Part shown: positions 1-9,392 of the stretch, one piece after another
Numbering within the stretch: position 1 is the stretch's first letter
How the letters are laid out: every line of letters begins with the position of its first letter
NCBI GenBank assembly: GCA_965365715.1
Contig: CBDUCT010000001.1
Location: 1 to 49,702, forward strand
DNA: 49,702 nucleotides
Direction of reading: 5' to 3'
From: an uncultured Cyclobacteriaceae bacterium
GTDB lineage: Bacteria > Bacteroidota > Bacteroidia > Cytophagales > Cyclobacteriaceae
Notes under the pieces: model-generated
Told to the model about the DNA's origin: nothing
Seen by the model: the letters and a program-made list of their open reading frames with translations, nothing else
Database searches by the model: none
Position numbers and translations under genes: made by a program

Positions 1-267
1 ATGTTATGTGCAGCAAAGAATGCACAGGACATGGGATATAAAATTTACTGGTATGATTCTGAAAACGCGGTGGACAAAAAATTAATGGAGCACTTCGGTA
101 TCGATGTTTCACAAGTATGGTATGAACCTTGTAATACAGTTGAAGGTTTCAGACACTCTGTAACAAACCTTACTAACAAATTAATCGACGCTCAGCGCGA
201 TGGATATACAATTCCAAAGGTTATGGTATTCCTTGATTCTATTGGTAACCTTGGAACCCTTAAAGAA
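1..267 (+). pseudogene. UvsX/RecA-family recombinase fragment. It is an internal segment with its 5' end off-window. Similarity is lost near nt 267 and the frame runs on to TAG 310-312.
   Basis: Frame +1 reads KIYWYDSENA...GIDVSQVWYEP...KVMVFLDSIGNLGTLKE. This is colinear with the remembered T4 UvsX segment FYDSEFG...GVDPERVIHTP...KVVVFIDSLGNLASKKE (Walker-B strand). The next 14 codons (HAGICTFKNTRPSR) are unrelated, then a stop. Confidence 0.6.
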
Positions 268-268
268 C

Positions 269-1564
269 ATGCTGGAATTTGCACGTTCAAAAATACTCGC
301 CCGTCAAGGTAGTTTCTTAAGATCCATTGATGCACATGACATCATGTGTTCTGTTGGGCAGGCAGCTGTATCCGGAGGAGTCAGAAGAACAGCCATGATT
401 GCATTGTTTGATTATGATGATCATGAAATGAGACATTGTAAGGATGGAGATTTCTGGATCAAAAACAGTCAGCGTTGGAACGCTAATAATTCTGCAGTTT
501 GGCCGGAAAGAAAATTAACTCAGGCTGAAGCAGCAAAATTTGTATTGGATATTGTTGATTCGGAACGTGGCGAACCGGGTATTTTTAATCGTCATGCTGC
601 CATTGAAACCAAACCCGAAAGAAGGGAAGCCAGAAGATTTGGTACCAATCCATGTGGAGAGATCCTTCTAAGACCATTTCAGTTCTGCAATCTGTCCGTT
701 GCAGTAGCAAGGGCGGAAGATACCTTTGATGATCTACGGGAAAAAGTGGAACTTGCCACAATAATTGGAACCATTCAATCAATGGCTACATATTTCCCTG
801 GATTACGTAAAGAATGGAAGGTTAATTGTTCAGAGGAAAGATTACTCGGTGTTGACATTAACGGTCAATTGGATTGTCCTTTGGTTCAGGAAGCTGATGT
901 TCAGAAAATGCTCCAGCAAATTGCAGTTGAGACCAATAAGGTATATGCTCAAATTTTAGGAATTAATCAATCCGCAGCCGTAACCTGTGTGAAACCATCC
1001 GGCAATTCATCTCAATTACTGAATTGCTCACCTGGAATTCATGCAAGATGGTCAAATCATTATATAAGAAACGTAAGGGTGGGTACACATACCCCAGTTT
1101 TCAAAGTACTTGAAAATGCCGGAGTACCCATGGATCCTGAAAATGGACAGAAGAAAGAGAATGCAAATACATATGTTGTTCATTTTCCGATGAAAGCCCC
1201 TGAAGGAGCTATTACCAGGAATTCACGTTCGGCCATGGAGCAACTTGAATATTGGTTACAGGTCAAAATGAATTACACAGAGCATAACCCCAGCGTTACC
1301 ATAACTTACAAACCGGATGAAGTCCTCGATATAGTGAAATGGGTCTGGGAAAACCAGGACCGCATAGGGGGTATCACTTTCCTTCCGGCCTTTGATGCCA
1401 AGTTTGATCAAATGCCTTATGAAGAAATATCAGAAGAAGAGTATAATGTCTTAGTTGAAAAATTTCCTGAGATCGACTTCTCAAAGATCTATCGATACGA
1501 AGAAGAAGATTATACCACAGCAGCCCAGGAGCTGGCTTGTTTGGCAGGAAATTGTGACATGTAA
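269..1564 (+). pseudogene. nrdJ: Class II (adenosylcobalamin-dependent, RTPR-like) ribonucleotide reductase. Only the C-terminal ~430 codons are present and the N-terminal part is missing.
   Basis: Frame +2 carries SGGVRRTAM, the thiyl-radical loop GTNPCGEILLRPFQFCNLS and a C-terminal redox pair CLAGNC. The catalytic Cys lies only ~150 codons after the junction. The ORF is open from nt 200, with ATGs at 200 and 269. Confidence 0.7.
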
Positions 1565-1591
1565 ATTTATATACACAGCTATCTATCAATC

Positions 1592-1632
1592 AAAAAAAAA
1601 TCTCTCCCGCTACGGCGGGAGAGACTTTTTTT
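1592..1632. terminator. Bidirectional rho-independent terminator between the convergent RNR and htrA genes
   Basis: 10-bp perfect stem tctctcccgc (1601-1610) / gcgggagaga (1615-1624) with tetraloop tacg. It is flanked by an A-run (1592-1600) and a T-run (1626-1632). Confidence 0.8.
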
Positions 1633-1657
1633 GTCCAATTTTATCTAATTAATTCAC

Positions 1658-3106
1658 TCACCATTTAATTCCATAATAAACTTCCTCACCATCAGTATAT
1701 TCTCCTCCAATCAATATACCCCCTTCTTTATTTGCCAGGGAGGCCATCAGATCGTTAATGGTCTTAATTTCCCTTTTATCTACTGAAGTAATAATAAAAC
1801 CATCCTTTATACCTGCCTCTGACCATTTTCCATCTTTAATGTTATTGAGTTGAACACCTCCGCTGATATCGAGATCTTCCTTGATATCTTCATCTACTTC
1901 GGAAACAGTCGCTCCCTGTATTTCCATGGCTGCTTCCCTACTGTACATTCTTTCCTCGCCCATGATATTTTTAAGGGTAGCTTTTAATGTTGATTCTTTA
2001 CCATCCCGTATATAGGTGACTTCAATTTTGTCTCCCGGTCTGTTCCTTGCGACAAATTCCTGGAGCTCCGCAGTATTGGTCACTTCATTGTCATCAATCC
2101 CGACAATGATATCCCCTTCTTCAAGACCGGCCTCATCAGCAGCGCCACCGACATTAACACCTGCAATATACACACCATTGCTTTCCTCAATATTGAGTTC
2201 ATACCTTTCAATAGCCTGGGGTACATCCAGAATCGATATTCCAAGGAGGGCCCGTTGAACAGCACCAAATTCCAACAAGTCATCCATTACTTTTTTGACC
2301 AGTGAAACAGGTACGGCAAAAGAATATCCAGCATAAGATCCTGTAGGAGACGCAATGGCTGTATTAATACCAACCAATTCACCTTTTAAATTAACCAGTG
2401 CTCCCCCACTGTTACCTGGATTAACCACAGCATCAGTTTGGATGAATGATTCAATACCAAGCTCCCGGTTTCCAAGAAGCCTTAAATTTCGGGCCTTTGC
2501 ACTAACGATACCTGCAGTAACTGTTGAAGTCAAGGAGTAAGGATTGCCAACAGCCAATACCCATTCGCCTACCTTCACTATGTCAGAGTCACCATAACGT
2601 ATGAAATCCAGGTTTTTTTCATCAATCTTAAGCAAGGCCAGATCGGTGGTTGGATCCTCTCCGATTACTTCAGCCTCATACCTCCTGTTATCATGTAAAA
2701 TTACTTCCACCTTACTGGCTCCCTCAACTACATGATAGTTGGTAGCAATGAAACCATCATCCGAAATGATCACACCAGAACCTGATCCCTGTTGTTCTCT
2801 TGGTAAATTCCGGTGTGGATTACCGAACAACTCTTCAAATGGATTCCTGTAATACCTCTCGGTTGTTTGTCGGGTCATGGTTACGTGCACTACCCCTGGT
2901 GTTACAAGTTCAGCTGCCTGAACAAAATTAATTCCTTCTGGTACCGACCCGTCTATAGTATAATTAGAAAATTTCACATTTTGCCGTTCCTGAATAGAAT
3001 TGTAATTTTCATCATCAGGAGTAAATATTTGATAAGTTGCCAGGGCAACCAGCGCACCAACGAAAGATGCGATTATGATAGCTATTATAAAATTCCTCTT
3101 ATTCAT
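1658..3106 (-). CDS. htrA: Do/HtrA/DegP-family periplasmic serine endopeptidase with two PDZ domains
   Basis: N-terminal TM/signal segment. Catalytic triad contexts are NYHVV, DLALLKI and GNSGGALVN. About 200 C-terminal aa look PDZ-like. Confidence 0.9.
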   Translation of the reverse strand: MNKRNFIIAIIIASFVGALVALATYQIFTPDDENYNSIQERQNVKFSNYTIDGSVPEGINFVQAAELVTPGVVHVTMTRQTTERYYRNPFEELFGNPHRNLPREQQGSGSGVIISDDGFIATNYHVVEGASKVEVILHDNRRYEAEVIGEDPTTDLALLKIDEKNLDFIRYGDSDIVKVGEWVLAVGNPYSLTSTVTAGIVSAKARNLRLLGNRELGIESFIQTDAVVNPGNSGGALVNLKGELVGINTAIASPTGSYAGYSFAVPVSLVKKVMDDLLEFGAVQRALLGISILDVPQAIERYELNIEESNGVYIAGVNVGGAADEAGLEEGDIIVGIDDNEVTNTAELQEFVARNRPGDKIEVTYIRDGKESTLKATLKNIMGEERMYSREAAMEIQGATVSEVDEDIKEDLDISGGVQLNNIKDGKWSEAGIKDGFIITSVDKREIKTINDLMASLANKEGGILIGGEYTDGEEVYYGIKW

Positions 3107-3185
3107 TCAATTAAAATTTAAAGTTCACCAACTACAGAATAAACGGTAATTTAACATTTTAGATACTTATATTAACATTATTTAA

Positions 3186-3208
3186 CAAAAAATCCCGCCT
3201 GAGCGGGA
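3186..3208 (-). terminator. Rho-independent terminator of the Hsp20 gene
   Basis: Stem tcccgc (3193-3198) / gcggga (3203-3208) with loop ctga. The plus-strand A-run 3186-3192 is a T-run on the minus strand, 32 nt downstream of the hsp20 stop. Confidence 0.65.
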
Positions 3209-3239
3209 CCTTCCTGTGCGTTAGATTACACCTTTAACA

Positions 3240-3671
3240 TTACTTAACTGAGATTTTTTGCTTAAGGACTTTCTTAACATCTTTTACAACCTCAATATAT
3301 AAAATACCATTTTCATAATTGGCTGATATTTTTTTCTGATCAGCATCTTCAGGCAAATGGAATACCCGCTTGAAACTTCCCTGATGGATCTCATTTTGAT
3401 GCATCGTGGTTCCTTCTCCATTCTCAAAATGTCTTTCACCACTTATGAACAACTTTCCATCTTCGAGATCAATGTTAAAGTCTTCCTTTTTCATTCCCGG
3501 AACCGCCAATTGTACTTCATAGGCTTTTTCAGTTTCGAGAATGTTGGCACTTGGTAAAAACCTGTCAGCACTGGAATCTTCCAGCCTATCGTAGAAGAAT
3601 TTATCAAATAAATTCACAAATGAACCAGGATACCTGTTTCTTACATAGGGATTATATTTAATCAGTGTCAT
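3240..3671 (-). CDS. Hsp20/alpha-crystallin family small heat-shock protein
   Basis: 143 aa. Alpha-crystallin domain pattern (PSANILETEKAYEVQLAVPGMKKEDFNIDLEDGKLFISGER...FKRVFHLPEDAD...ISANYENGILYIEV). Confidence 0.9.
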   Translation of the reverse strand: MTLIKYNPYVRNRYPGSFVNLFDKFFYDRLEDSSADRFLPSANILETEKAYEVQLAVPGMKKEDFNIDLEDGKLFISGERHFENGEGTTMHQNEIHQGSFKRVFHLPEDADQKKISANYENGILYIEVVKDVKKVLKQKISVK

Positions 3672-3896
3672 AATTATAAATATTTTAAGTTTTACATAAA
3701 TTTCAAAGCGTTCGCTACTCCTTCAACCTTAAAAACTGTACCAAGCCGTAAATTTCATAATATTCCCAATATTTAACGACATAATGGCAGTAAAACAACA
3801 TTGAATCCAACAAAACACGCCAATATGGCGTATTAATGGATATTTTATATCTCAAAATCAATGAACCCATGTTTGTTAAAAAAAATAATCGAATAA

Positions 3897-3930
3897 TTAT
3901 TGATAATTTATTTCCCCGGGGCTACTTTTG
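3897..3930 (+). promoter_or_regulatory. Candidate Bacteroidota-type promoter for tRNA-Asn (-33-like TTATTG, -7 TAnnTTTG)
   Basis: tacttttg at 3923-3930 matches the TAnnTTTG -7 consensus and ends 16 nt before the mature tRNA 5' end. An imperfect TTTG-like element (ttattg, 3897-3902) lies about 20 nt upstream. Confidence 0.35.
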
Positions 3931-3946
3931 CTTTCCATTTTGAGAT

Positions 3947-4020
3947 TCCTCAGTAGCTCAGCTGGTTAGAGCATCTGACTGTTAATCAGAGGGTCCTTGG
4001 TTCGAGTCCAAGCTGAGGAG
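3947..4020 (+). tRNA. tRNA-Asn: tRNA-Asn (anticodon GTT at 3981-3983), 74 nt, CCA not encoded
   Basis: I folded the cloverleaf by hand. Acceptor stem is TCCTCAG/CTGAGGA, D stem GCTC/GAGC, anticodon stem TCTGA/TCAGA with loop CTGTTAA, and T stem CTTGG/CCAAG with loop TTCGAGT. Discriminator is G. Confidence 0.95.
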
Positions 4021-4034
4021 CGAAATTGGACAAG

Positions 4035-4060
4035 TCCCGTCTTTTGGCGGGATTTTTTTT
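4035..4060 (+). terminator. Rho-independent terminator after tRNA-Asn
   Basis: 7-bp stem (tcccgtc / ggcggga, one G-U pair) with loop tttt at 4035-4052, followed by T8 at 4053-4060. Confidence 0.8.
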
Positions 4061-4111
4061 GGAGCTTGGACGAGAAGTTTATACCAGTAAAATTTTTTTA
4101 TAAAAGTTTGA

Positions 4112-5167
4112 TTATTTTTCTGAATTACCAAGAATATTATACTTGGCTTTTCGCTCGTTCCATCTTCTTCGGGCATACTGTTGCATATCTATAATTTTAT
4201 CTCTCTCATCTACAATTTCAAAACCTAATAAGGTCTCAATTATGTCTTCCATAGTAACGATTCCAGCCATTCCACCATATTCGTCTACAATAAGTGCGAT
4301 ATGTTCTTTCTGCTCAAGTAAAATTTCCCATAAACTCATAAGGGTTTGAAATTCATGAGAAACAACAATTTTTCTGGATATATCGCGAAGTTTTAAACTG
4401 GTCTTTTCCTCGGCAAGTTTTTCAAATACGGTTTGACGAAAAACATACCCGGTTATATTTTCATTGCTTTTTGAATAGACCGGGATACGTGAATAATGAA
4501 GAAACTCCTTTTTTATAAGAAATTCTTCTAAAGACATGTTTTCATCTGCTCTAATGACGACTATTCTGGGTGTCATTATTTCCAAAACCTTAACAGTTTT
4601 AAGACGAACCAGGTTTTGAATAATTTTGTTTTCTTTTTCCTCAAGAATCCCCTCCTCTTTTCCAAGATTAGCCATTGCAGATATTTCCTCTCTACTCATG
4701 GGTAGATTATCTATGTTCCCTGAAAATAACTTTGTTATGTACTTTGTCATTATCACCAAAGGAAAGGTTATAATGACCATAATATTTATAATCATTCCTG
4801 AAACCAGAGCCAATCGCCTCCAATACCTTGCACCAATCGTTTTAGGAATTATTTCAGAAAAAACCAGTATCAATAGGGTAAGGATGGCCGAAATAATACC
4901 GAAATACATATCGCCGAATATTTTTGTTGCCTGTGCCCCAACCCCGGCTGCTCCGATAGTATGCGCAACAGTATTCAGAGAAAGAATTGCTGATAGTGGT
5001 TTTTCAATATTATTCTTTAACCTGATAAATAATGATGCTGATTTATGACCATCTTCCTTCTTAACATTTAAAAAAGACACAGTAGTTGAAAGTAAGACAG
5101 ATTCCATAATGGAACACAAGAATGAAACAAATAGGGCAAGAAATAAATAAAATATCAACAGAATCAT
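4112..5167 (-). CDS. CNNM/DUF21 transmembrane plus CBS-pair protein (CorC/TlyC-like, without the C-terminal CorC_HlyC domain)
   Basis: The N-terminal ~180 aa have four hydrophobic helices typical of DUF21, followed by a CBS-pair-like region (IMTPRIVV...VDEYGGMAGIVTMEDIIETLLG). The protein ends at 351 aa. Confidence 0.75.
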   Translation of the reverse strand: MILLIFYLFLALFVSFLCSIMESVLLSTTVSFLNVKKEDGHKSASLFIRLKNNIEKPLSAILSLNTVAHTIGAAGVGAQATKIFGDMYFGIISAILTLLILVFSEIIPKTIGARYWRRLALVSGMIINIMVIITFPLVIMTKYITKLFSGNIDNLPMSREEISAMANLGKEEGILEEKENKIIQNLVRLKTVKVLEIMTPRIVVIRADENMSLEEFLIKKEFLHYSRIPVYSKSNENITGYVFRQTVFEKLAEEKTSLKLRDISRKIVVSHEFQTLMSLWEILLEQKEHIALIVDEYGGMAGIVTMEDIIETLLGFEIVDERDKIIDMQQYARRRWNERKAKYNILGNSEK

Positions 5168-5271
5168 TTTTCTTTAGTTTAGTAAAAATCAGATTTACCT
5201 TTTTTCGACAGGAAAGTGTTTTAATGCGCCCTTTGAGAATTGTTATTTACAATTATACAATTGCTCAAAAT

Positions 5272-5799
5272 TTAATCCTTCCTGGAACTATTGATAACGA
5301 TTGCCTCTGTTACAAATGAAATTCCTTGTTGTTCATAAGTGCCAATCATAACCGACTGTATAAAAAGTTGCTCAGAGTAAGAAGTAGCCCCCCATTCAAT
5401 AATAAAATTAGCACCTGCCCCACCAACATTTTCCACATCTTCAACAACAAATTCTATTGATTCAAGTGGAGAAACCAGAAATGTAGAATCAACATAATCT
5501 TTTAGTCTGTTACCGTATGAATCATAATAAACTGCAGAAAGCAAATATGCTGAATCGGTTAAGGAGGTATTTCTTATACTTATTGTGGCCGTTAAGGGGT
5601 ATCTTTTTGTACCATTACTATAATAAATATCTGAATATATTGGCACATAGTCAGTTTCTATATATTGCAGAGCTGATTTATCAATATCTATGTATTTATA
5701 AGAATGGCTCGGATGACTTCTTTTTATAATTTTTTCCGGATTTTTTCCGGTGCAACCAATTAAGGTCAAAAGTGATATTATTAAAAAAATGAATCTCAT
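5272..5799 (-). CDS. DUF3124-family lipoprotein
   Basis: Lipobox LIGC. The core YVPIYSDIYY...LTATISIRNTS...YYDSYGN...FVVEDVENVGGAGANFIIEWGA matches the remembered DUF3124 signature (YVPVYSHIY...LSIRNTD...YYD..G...GGSGANFIV.W). Confidence 0.75.
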   Translation of the reverse strand: MRFIFLIISLLTLIGCTGKNPEKIIKRSHPSHSYKYIDIDKSALQYIETDYVPIYSDIYYSNGTKRYPLTATISIRNTSLTDSAYLLSAVYYDSYGNRLKDYVDSTFLVSPLESIEFVVEDVENVGGAGANFIIEWGATSYSEQLFIQSVMIGTYEQQGISFVTEAIVINSSRKD

Positions 5800-6164
5800 G
5801 GTATCAGCGTTATTTAATTACACTAAAGAATAAATAAAAGGAAGTGATATTCAGTCTGCTCCAGATTTATATCTAAAGATTTTTTTCTTATTATCAGAAT
5901 ACTTATCATTTCCAAAAAGGGATAATATGTATTTATACGTAATTTTCACCATGAAAGAATGAGATAAAAGGAATTTCTATATGACAAGATTTCAAAATGG
6001 GTCCATAACAACCGTGGTATTTTGTGGTCTTGAAGAGATTAAAATGCTCCGCTATGTGGGAAGTCCTGTCCGGAAACGTATTGATCCTGTTCTGTTTTTT
6101 GAAGAATCCATTTATTATCTATTGTATAAAAAATTCATCCTGATGCTGAATGGAAATCAAAGTC

Positions 6165-8318
6165 TTATTTATCCATCGCAGCCAATATCCGTTCCGGAGT
6201 CATGGGTAATGTATGCAGCCGGGCCCCGACAGCGTCGAAAATAGCATTTGCAATAGCAGCACCCACAGTCGTGATGGCAGGTTCTCCGCATCCCTGAGGG
6301 GCTAGATCCGGATTATCGATCAGTACAACATCGACCTTTGGCGCTTTCGAAAACTTGGTTATTTCATACGAGTTATAATTTCTTGAATGTATTTTACCCC
6401 CAGTGAACTTAATTTCTTCAGACAATGCAGCGCTCAGACCCATGGTAATACCTCCCTCAATCTGTAATTCCGCTCCTTGCGGATTAATAATTTCGCCCAT
6501 ATCCTGGGCACACACCACGCGATCTACTTTTACCTGTCCGCTGGATCTGTTAACCGAAACCTCTGCAATGGTCGCCACATAGGAATTTAAATAATTCGTA
6601 CATGATATTCCATATCCCGATCCACTAGGTCCTTTGGAAATTTCACGCCCAAATTTTTCTGCAGCCACCTCAAGTACACGAATCATGCGATCATCCGTTA
6701 AGTTTTTCATCCGAAACGATAATGGATCCATACCCGCTACCTGAGCAAGTATATCGGTATGCGACTCCATGGCAAATACGTTCGTATTACTGCCGGGTCC
6801 GCGCCAGGCACCTGTAGCGAAGGGATGTGCGTTGCGATCACCACTTGTTTTTACCATAAAATTCGGGATGTTGTAGATCGGTTCCGAGCTTCGGGAACCG
6901 GTAAACAAAATGTCACATCCCCAGGAAGTGATCAAGCCTTTTGAATCCAGTCCGGATTTTAATTGAACTACCGCTGCCGGACGAAATGTATCATAAAAAA
7001 ACTCTTCCTGTCTCGTCCAGGCAAGCTGCACCGGATGCCCGGATATTTTCGATAGTTTTACGGCCTCAGTAATTTGCCTGCCAGATTTCTTACCACCAAG
7101 ACCACAACCTAAAAAGGGTGTTATAACATGAACCTGATCTTCCTCTATATTCAGCGTCACAGCTGCTGTTCCGCGTACGCGGAACGGAGCCTGTGTTGAT
7201 GCCCATATCGTAACTTTTTCATCTTCCACATGCGCCAGTACTGCATAGGGTTCAGAGGGCGCATGGGCAACATAATGATTATAGAACTCGGATTCTATAA
7301 GTTGATATGATGTTTCGTATCCTTCAGAGAGGTTCCCTTTTTCCACGTGAATACGGCCTTCCGATGCCGATTTTTTCAAATGATCAAAAATCGAATTGTT
7401 ATCCAGATCTGAGCCAGTCTCTTTCCATTTCACAGATACCCGACCAAGCGCTTTTGCTGCCAGATCCGGATTTTCATGCAATACTGCAATAAGGCCGTCT
7501 TCCTTAATCATAATCGCATCCTTAACCTTTGATACATCCGATACATCGACAGATTCCATAATGGCATCGTGGGAAGGAGGCCGTAAGACTTTTGCATACA
7601 ACATACCCGGAAGTTTTAAGTCGCCGGTGTATTTGGCCTCGCCTTTTACTTTAGCCATGGCATCCATTCGCCGGATTGGTTTTCCGGAAACCGTATGATC
7701 CGAAACAAGCTTAATAGGAATATCGGATATATGCCTTTCGATCTTGTTTCCTTTGGTCAGTTCCGCATAGGTCACTTGTCTATTCGAATTCTGTTTGTCG
7801 CTGACTATTCCGTTTTTAACGATCAATCGTTCAATTTCTACATTCAGTTTTTCAGATGCCATTTGCAATAATATTGCCCTTGCTTCAGCACCTGCCTTTC
7901 GAAGTGGTGGACCATAATACTTAGTACTGCGTGATCCTGTTGTCCCACTATCCCAGGGGCATAAGCGCGTATCGCCCATCACCATATCTATTGAATCGAG
8001 GGATACGTCCAGTTCTTCAGCCAGCATTTGCGCCATGGAAGTGATGATCCCCTGACCCATTTCTATTTTACTGCAATACAGGGATACACGCCCATCCTCT
8101 CCAAATTTCAGATATGCATTTAAGTCGGTGGGATATCCTCTTCCCCGCTGTTTCAGATCAAAAGTACTAGACATTCCTGTCGACATGAATATAAAAATTC
8201 CACAACCAGATACTTTCAGGAAACTGCGCCTTGATAATTGCAGGTCATCTGAATTATTATTCTTCCTTTTTCTTAAGGATGATTCTTTATTTATGACTGT
8301 GGTTTTATTCTCGTGCAT
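6165..8318 (-). CDS. Xanthine dehydrogenase/aldehyde oxidase-family molybdopterin-binding subunit with a twin-arginine signal
   Basis: Canonical Tat motif SRRSFLK (nt 8214-8234) followed by a hydrophobic stretch. The a/b-hammerhead-like segment is AKVKGEAKYTGDLKLPGMLYAKVLRPPSHDA. The long C-terminal region is Mo-cofactor-domain-like (GCGLGGK, GQVKVDRVVCAQDMGEIINP, EGGITMGLS, GCGEPAI). Confidence 0.85.
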   Translation of the reverse strand: MHENKTTVINKESSLRKRKNNNSDDLQLSRRSFLKVSGCGIFIFMSTGMSSTFDLKQRGRGYPTDLNAYLKFGEDGRVSLYCSKIEMGQGIITSMAQMLAEELDVSLDSIDMVMGDTRLCPWDSGTTGSRSTKYYGPPLRKAGAEARAILLQMASEKLNVEIERLIVKNGIVSDKQNSNRQVTYAELTKGNKIERHISDIPIKLVSDHTVSGKPIRRMDAMAKVKGEAKYTGDLKLPGMLYAKVLRPPSHDAIMESVDVSDVSKVKDAIMIKEDGLIAVLHENPDLAAKALGRVSVKWKETGSDLDNNSIFDHLKKSASEGRIHVEKGNLSEGYETSYQLIESEFYNHYVAHAPSEPYAVLAHVEDEKVTIWASTQAPFRVRGTAAVTLNIEEDQVHVITPFLGCGLGGKKSGRQITEAVKLSKISGHPVQLAWTRQEEFFYDTFRPAAVVQLKSGLDSKGLITSWGCDILFTGSRSSEPIYNIPNFMVKTSGDRNAHPFATGAWRGPGSNTNVFAMESHTDILAQVAGMDPLSFRMKNLTDDRMIRVLEVAAEKFGREISKGPSGSGYGISCTNYLNSYVATIAEVSVNRSSGQVKVDRVVCAQDMGEIINPQGAELQIEGGITMGLSAALSEEIKFTGGKIHSRNYNSYEITKFSKAPKVDVVLIDNPDLAPQGCGEPAITTVGAAIANAIFDAVGARLHTLPMTPERILAAMDK

Positions 8319-8386
8319 TTACATATAATTAAAGTGATTTTTCGATTAGTTTATACAGGCTATGGAAATCTTCACAGCTATCGTCA

Positions 8387-9319
8387 TTAAAAATCGGTCA
8401 CATTTAAAGCCTCTTCTATTATACCCTCCTTCACCACAATGGGCGGTTCAGGTAAATTGGAATTGAGGTCGAGGTACTCCTTTTTAGCATTTATTGGTAA
8501 ATCAATTTCATATGGCTTGGCAAGAGTGATGTTGTCAATGGCCTTTTTCGCACCCTCATATAATGCTTCTCGGGTCAATTCAAAAGGATATAGTTCAGCA
8601 GCTTCACGTGAGAGTCCCCGTTTCACTGCCACGGTAACAATATCTTCTCCAAAAAATTCTTTGGCCTCACGACAGGTAGCTTCATCCCCTGTAACCATAA
8701 TTAGTGGGACCCCGAAATGGCCGGCAATCAAAGCATTCTGGGCCAATTCACCGGATTCACGGCCATTATACCAGTACCGGTTCTCTGACCTGGATGATTG
8801 CGTATGATTCAAAACACCATCCGGCGTTCCCATCATGGCATGAAAACCAACCATAACCATCCCATCAAAAGTCTCATCCAGATCTGTAAGATTTCCAGCA
8901 CCGGGCCTCGGTTTGCCTGTAATGTAAGTAGCTCCCGGATGCATCATGTGTGGAATAACTGCCTGCGATCCATGACCATCCAGAACTACGATTTCAGTGG
9001 CACCGGCATCACGCAATCCTTGAATTACAGCAGCCAGATCTTCCATAAAATACTCACAAGCCTGAATATTCAAGGGTGTATCCTTCTCCCTGGATTGAGC
9101 GAATTTGTAAACTCCACTAATGCCCTCAAGATCAGTGTTTATGTATATTTTCAGTGGGGTTGTTACAGGATTTTTACAAGTAATTAAAGGTAGAACTATA
9201 AATAGAAGCCAGGCGGATTTTAATAATCCAATAAAAGTGTTTCTGCTCTTTAAATATAAATTATTGGATTGAAGTTCGACCTTTTCCTTATACCTGAAAA
9301 TATTTTGTAGCATGATCAA
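8387..9319 (-). CDS. Peptidase M55 (DppA-type D-aminopeptidase) family protein with a lipoprotein leader
   Basis: The KIYINTDLEGISGV start of the M55 fold is preceded by a ~45-aa extension with lipobox LPLITC. Also HGSQ, GFHAMMGT and VTGDEA motifs. Confidence 0.75.
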   Translation of the reverse strand: MIMLQNIFRYKEKVELQSNNLYLKSRNTFIGLLKSAWLLFIVLPLITCKNPVTTPLKIYINTDLEGISGVYKFAQSREKDTPLNIQACEYFMEDLAAVIQGLRDAGATEIVVLDGHGSQAVIPHMMHPGATYITGKPRPGAGNLTDLDETFDGMVMVGFHAMMGTPDGVLNHTQSSRSENRYWYNGRESGELAQNALIAGHFGVPLIMVTGDEATCREAKEFFGEDIVTVAVKRGLSREAAELYPFELTREALYEGAKKAIDNITLAKPYEIDLPINAKKEYLDLNSNLPEPPIVVKEGIIEEALNVTDF

Positions 9320-9392
9320 TTTATTTAAATGAAAATCGGATATTCTTGTCGACTAATGTTATGAACTGATGAAAAATAGTTGTTATAATAAC

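Noticed and set aside
3672-3946. CIRCE- or ROSE-type heat-shock control element upstream of hsp20
   Set aside because: No TTAGCACTC-N9-GAGTGCTAA-like inverted repeat and no extended structured leader is visible. The ATG is preceded only by AT-rich sequence.
3947-4020. tRNA-Asn as a possible integration site of a genomic island (opposite orientation to its neighbours, and followed by accessory-looking genes)
   Set aside because: No integrase, excisionase or transposase gene appears anywhere in the window. By eye I found no second copy of the tRNA 3' segment that would mark an att site. The tRNA has its own promoter-like motif and strong terminator, consistent with an ordinary stand-alone tRNA gene.
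5981-6244. 87-aa plus-strand ORF in the spacer downstream of the molybdopterin subunit gene. I considered it as a possible missing small subunit.
   Set aside because: It has no Cys-rich ferredoxin or cytochrome motif and overlaps the 3' end of the Mo-subunit gene on the opposite strand. My hand translation of the minus strand of roughly nt 6001-6164 gave only short stop-interrupted frames.
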